This document shows, one piece after another, positions 61,375-64,000 of a stretch of 64,000 nt of DNA (position 1 is the first letter of the stretch; each line of letters starts with the position of its first letter). The notes beneath the pieces are model-generated. The model made no database searches and was not told the origin of the DNA. It was given only the letters and a program-made list of their open reading frames with translations. This DNA is from Faecousia sp. GTDB lineage: Bacteria; Bacillota; Clostridia; Oscillospirales; Oscillospiraceae. The DNA is taken from NCBI GenBank assembly GCA_045579965.1, contig JAZNMX010000036.1, forward strand, positions 90,389 to 154,388, written 5' to 3'. Both the position numbers and the translations under genes were made by a program.

Positions 61375-61824
61375 TTAACCCTCCTTATTGGCCGCATATT
61401 CCCAAGGCCACGGGTCACGAAGCCAGGAATATTCCTTGTCATCCACCGGTGTTGCGTGATTTAAGGGCATGCAGCGCTCAGAAAACTCTTTCGCCTGGTC
61501 ATGGTAAAGCTCCTGATACCGACGGTAGAGTGCCAGGGTTTCTTTGTCCTCTGGGTGGGTATCCAGATAAAGCGCCAGCTCATTGAGTGCAAACCCCACC
61601 GTTTGAAGCTGGGTTTTGGGTGTGGCCGGTTTTTCATGATTGTTTACCATGCCCCGGAAAGGCAAATCCAAACCGGGATACAAAGTACCCCGAATCAGCG
61701 CCTTGGGCGGCTCATAACGGGTCGGATTCTCTTTTTGCATGGGGACATAGCCGTTTGCAAGGGGAGCAGGACTGGGCAGATGTCCCATTCCGCATTCTCT
61801 TGCGCGGCATTTTTTACAGTTCAC
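61375..61824 (-). CDS. cotJB: Fused CotJA-CotJB spore coat protein
   Basis: N-half LANGYVPMQ...ALIRGTLYPGLDLP (CotJA); C-half LALYLDTHP...WLRDPWPWE (CotJB); GGAGG RBS before GTG. Confidence 0.85.
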   Translation of the reverse strand: MNCKKCRARECGMGHLPSPAPLANGYVPMQKENPTRYEPPKALIRGTLYPGLDLPFRGMVNNHEKPATPKTQLQTVGFALNELALYLDTHPEDKETLALYRRYQELYHDQAKEFSERCMPLNHATPVDDKEYSWLRDPWPWEYAANKEG

Positions 61825-61948
61825 AATACTTCCTCCTTTTACCGTTTCGATTGCTTGGAACTGTCGTTCCAAAGCATTCTATGGCGAATGAAGGAATTCG
61901 GTTCATTCCCGGAAAGGGGAGGCATACCATAAAGGGAGGTGTTGACTT

Positions 61949-62650
61949 ATGAAGAAGAACATGATTGGTATGGTTCCGTTTTATTTGCTGACAGTCATCG
62001 CATTTCTGGGTGTTGCCAACTGGTTTAGTCAGGCAAGAACTGCTTCTGTCCAAACAGAGCCGGTGCGCCGTCTTCATACCGTCATCGTTGATGCCGGCCA
62101 CGGTGGGATTGACGGGGGAGCGACCTCCTGCACCGGGGTTCTGGAAAGCAAAATCAATCTGGAAATTGCCCTGCGGCTGAACGATTTGCTCACTTTTTTG
62201 GGACATAATACCCGGATGGTTCGCACCACCGACACGTCTGTATACACAGAGGGAAAAACCATCGCGGCACAAAAGGTTTCAGATTTAAAGGAGCGAGTCC
62301 GGATTGTAAAAGAAACGGAAGACGCCATTTTGATCAGCATCCATCAAAACACCTTTTCTGACAGCCGCTACGGGGGCGCCCAGGTTTTTTACGGAGCAGG
62401 AGAGGGCAGCGACACTTTTGCAAGACGGCTGCAAACTCTTTTCACAGAAACCGTAAACCCCGGCAGCAACCGAAAATCCAAGCCGGCAAAGGGCGTTTAT
62501 CTTCTGGAGAACATAGACAAAACCGGTATTTTAATTGAATGCGGCTTTCTTTCCAACCCCCAGGAGGAGGCGCTTTTGCGAAATAAGGACTATCAGCAAA
62601 AGCTTTGCATGGTAATCGCATCGGCGCTCAGCGATTTTTTGCATACTTGA
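61949..62650 (+). CDS. N-acetylmuramoyl-L-alanine amidase (CwlD-like)
   Basis: DAGHGGIDGG, SIHQN, GAQVFY, ECGFLSN; CATACCAT sigE-like -10 at 61923-61930. Confidence 0.88.
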   Translation: MKKNMIGMVPFYLLTVIAFLGVANWFSQARTASVQTEPVRRLHTVIVDAGHGGIDGGATSCTGVLESKINLEIALRLNDLLTFLGHNTRMVRTTDTSVYTEGKTIAAQKVSDLKERVRIVKETEDAILISIHQNTFSDSRYGGAQVFYGAGEGSDTFARRLQTLFTETVNPGSNRKSKPAKGVYLLENIDKTGILIECGFLSNPQEEALLRNKDYQQKLCMVIASALSDFLHT

Positions 62651-62705
62651 CCTGCAAACAAATGATTGATATAATATTACAAATGACTGCAAGGAGCGAC
62701 ACCTT

Positions 62706-64000
62706 ATGGCAAAGACAAAAACCGTATATTTCTGCACCGAATGCGGCAATGAAACGCCCAAATGGATGGGCCGGTGTCCCGGCTGCGGTGCTTATAATAC
62801 CATGCAGGAGCATATAGAAAAGCCAGCGGCATCCGGCCGTGCCAAGCCTGCGCCCGTGGGCATGAGCCGAAAGCCCCAGCGCATTTCCCAAGTCGCTGCA
62901 GACACGGAAATCCGGTTTTCCACCGGTATGGGGGAGTTGGACCGAGTACTGGGCGGCGGCGCTGTTGCGGGCAGTCTGGTTCTGGTGGGCGGTGCTCCCG
63001 GAATCGGAAAATCAACCTTGCTTTTACAAATCTGTAATCAGCTGTGCGAAAATCGCCGGGTTCTCTATATTTCCGGAGAGGAAAGCGAGCGGCAGTTGAA
63101 GCTTCGCGCCCAGCGCTTGGGGGTTTCCCCTGAGGAGCTGCTGATTCTCTCGGAAACCCGCCTTTCCGATGTGCTGGAGGCTGTGGAGGAATCAAAGCCG
63201 GATATTTTGATTGTGGACTCCATTCAAACCCTTTATCAGGAAGAAAACGAATCCACCCCGGGAAGTATCTCCCAGGTAAAAGAATGTACCATGGCGCTGA
63301 TGCAGCTGAGCAAGCAGCAGGGGATTACCGTCTTTGTGGTCGGTCATATCAATAAGGACGGCAATATCGCAGGACCCAAGGTTTTGGAGCATATGGTGGA
63401 CTGCGTTCTGTACTTCGAGGGGGATATTCACTACAGCTACCGGCTGCTGCGTGCGGCAAAAAACAGATTCGGTTCAACCAACGAAATTGGTGTCTTTGAA
63501 ATGGCAGACAAGGGGCTGATTGAAGTGCCCAATCCCTCCCAGATGCTCCTGGAAGGCAGACCTGCCGGCGCATCCGGCACCTGCGTTGCCTGCACCATGG
63601 AGGGTACCCGTCCGGTTCTTGCGGAAGTGCAGGCCTTGGTTTCCAAAACCGCTTTTAACGTCCCCAGACGGACTGCTGACGGCTTTGACTTTAACCGGGC
63701 AGCATTGCTGCTGGCAGTGGCAGAAAAGCGGGCAGACATGAAGCTGAGCCTTTTTGACGCATATATCAATGTCATTGGCGGTCTAAAGCTGGACGAGCCC
63801 GGCGCAGATCTTCCCGTGATTTTGGCGGTTGCATCCTCCTACCGGGATACCGCCATTGCAGACGATTTGGTTGCCATCGGAGAGGTGGGCTTGACCGGAG
63901 AAATCCGCAGCGTTTCCAATCTGAATCAGCGCCTTTCAGAGGTTGCCCGCCTTGGCTTTACCAAGTGCATCATTCCGAAGAACGGCTCTGAAAAGGCAGA
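62706..64000 (+). CDS. radA: DNA repair protein RadA/Sms (runs off the window; missing from ORF track)
   Basis: CTECG...CPGC zinc finger, GAPGIGKS, KNRFG motif read directly from the sequence. Confidence 0.95.
   Translation, partial: MAKTKTVYFCTECGNETPKWMGRCPGCGAYNTMQEHIEKPAASGRAKPAPVGMSRKPQRISQVAADTEIRFSTGMGELDRVLGGGAVAGSLVLVGGAPGIGKSTLLLQICNQLCENRRVLYISGEESERQLKLRAQRLGVSPEELLILSETRLSDVLEAVEESKPDILIVDSIQTLYQEENESTPGSISQVKECTMALMQLSKQQGITVFVVGHINKDGNIAGPKVLEHMVDCVLYFEGDIHYSYRLLRAAKNRFGSTNEIGVFEMADKGLIEVPNPSQMLLEGRPAGASGTCVACTMEGTRPVLAEVQALVSKTAFNVPRRTADGFDFNRAALLLAVAEKRADMKLSLFDAYINVIGGLKLDEPGADLPVILAVASSYRDTAIADDLVAIGEVGLTGEIRSVSNLNQRLSEVARLGFTKCIIPKNGSEKA

Overview
Core chromosomal region of a spore-forming Clostridia member (gene content and order suggest Oscillospiraceae; inference). 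It runs spoIIIAE-AH, asp23-nusB-tsaD-like-xseAB-ispA, a 5.5 kb intervening block with smpB, cyclophilin and tmRNA, then a ~610 nt OLE RNA with oapA, dxs-tlyA-nadK-argR-recN, T-box tyrS, dapA, queA-tgt-yajC, T-box valS, spoIIAA-AB-sigF, pcrA, yunB-ligA, yqfC-yqfD-phoH-ybeY-era-yqzL-recO-mutS2, HPr, uvrC-rsmD-coaD, pgm, spoIIM-like-xerD, pfkA, glycine riboswitch-glyA, cotJ, cwlD-like and radA (truncated). No prophage, IS transposase or CRISPR array is visible. The main non-obvious signals are the OLE RNA/OapA locus with its own promoter, a 225 bp palindrome-rich element at the tmRNA 3' end, an unannotated 27-aa hydrophobic peptide gene with its own promoter and terminator, a SCIFF-like Cys peptide without a maturase, and a strong promoter fused to a 96 nt gene remnant. 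All calls come from reading the sequence; no searches were run.
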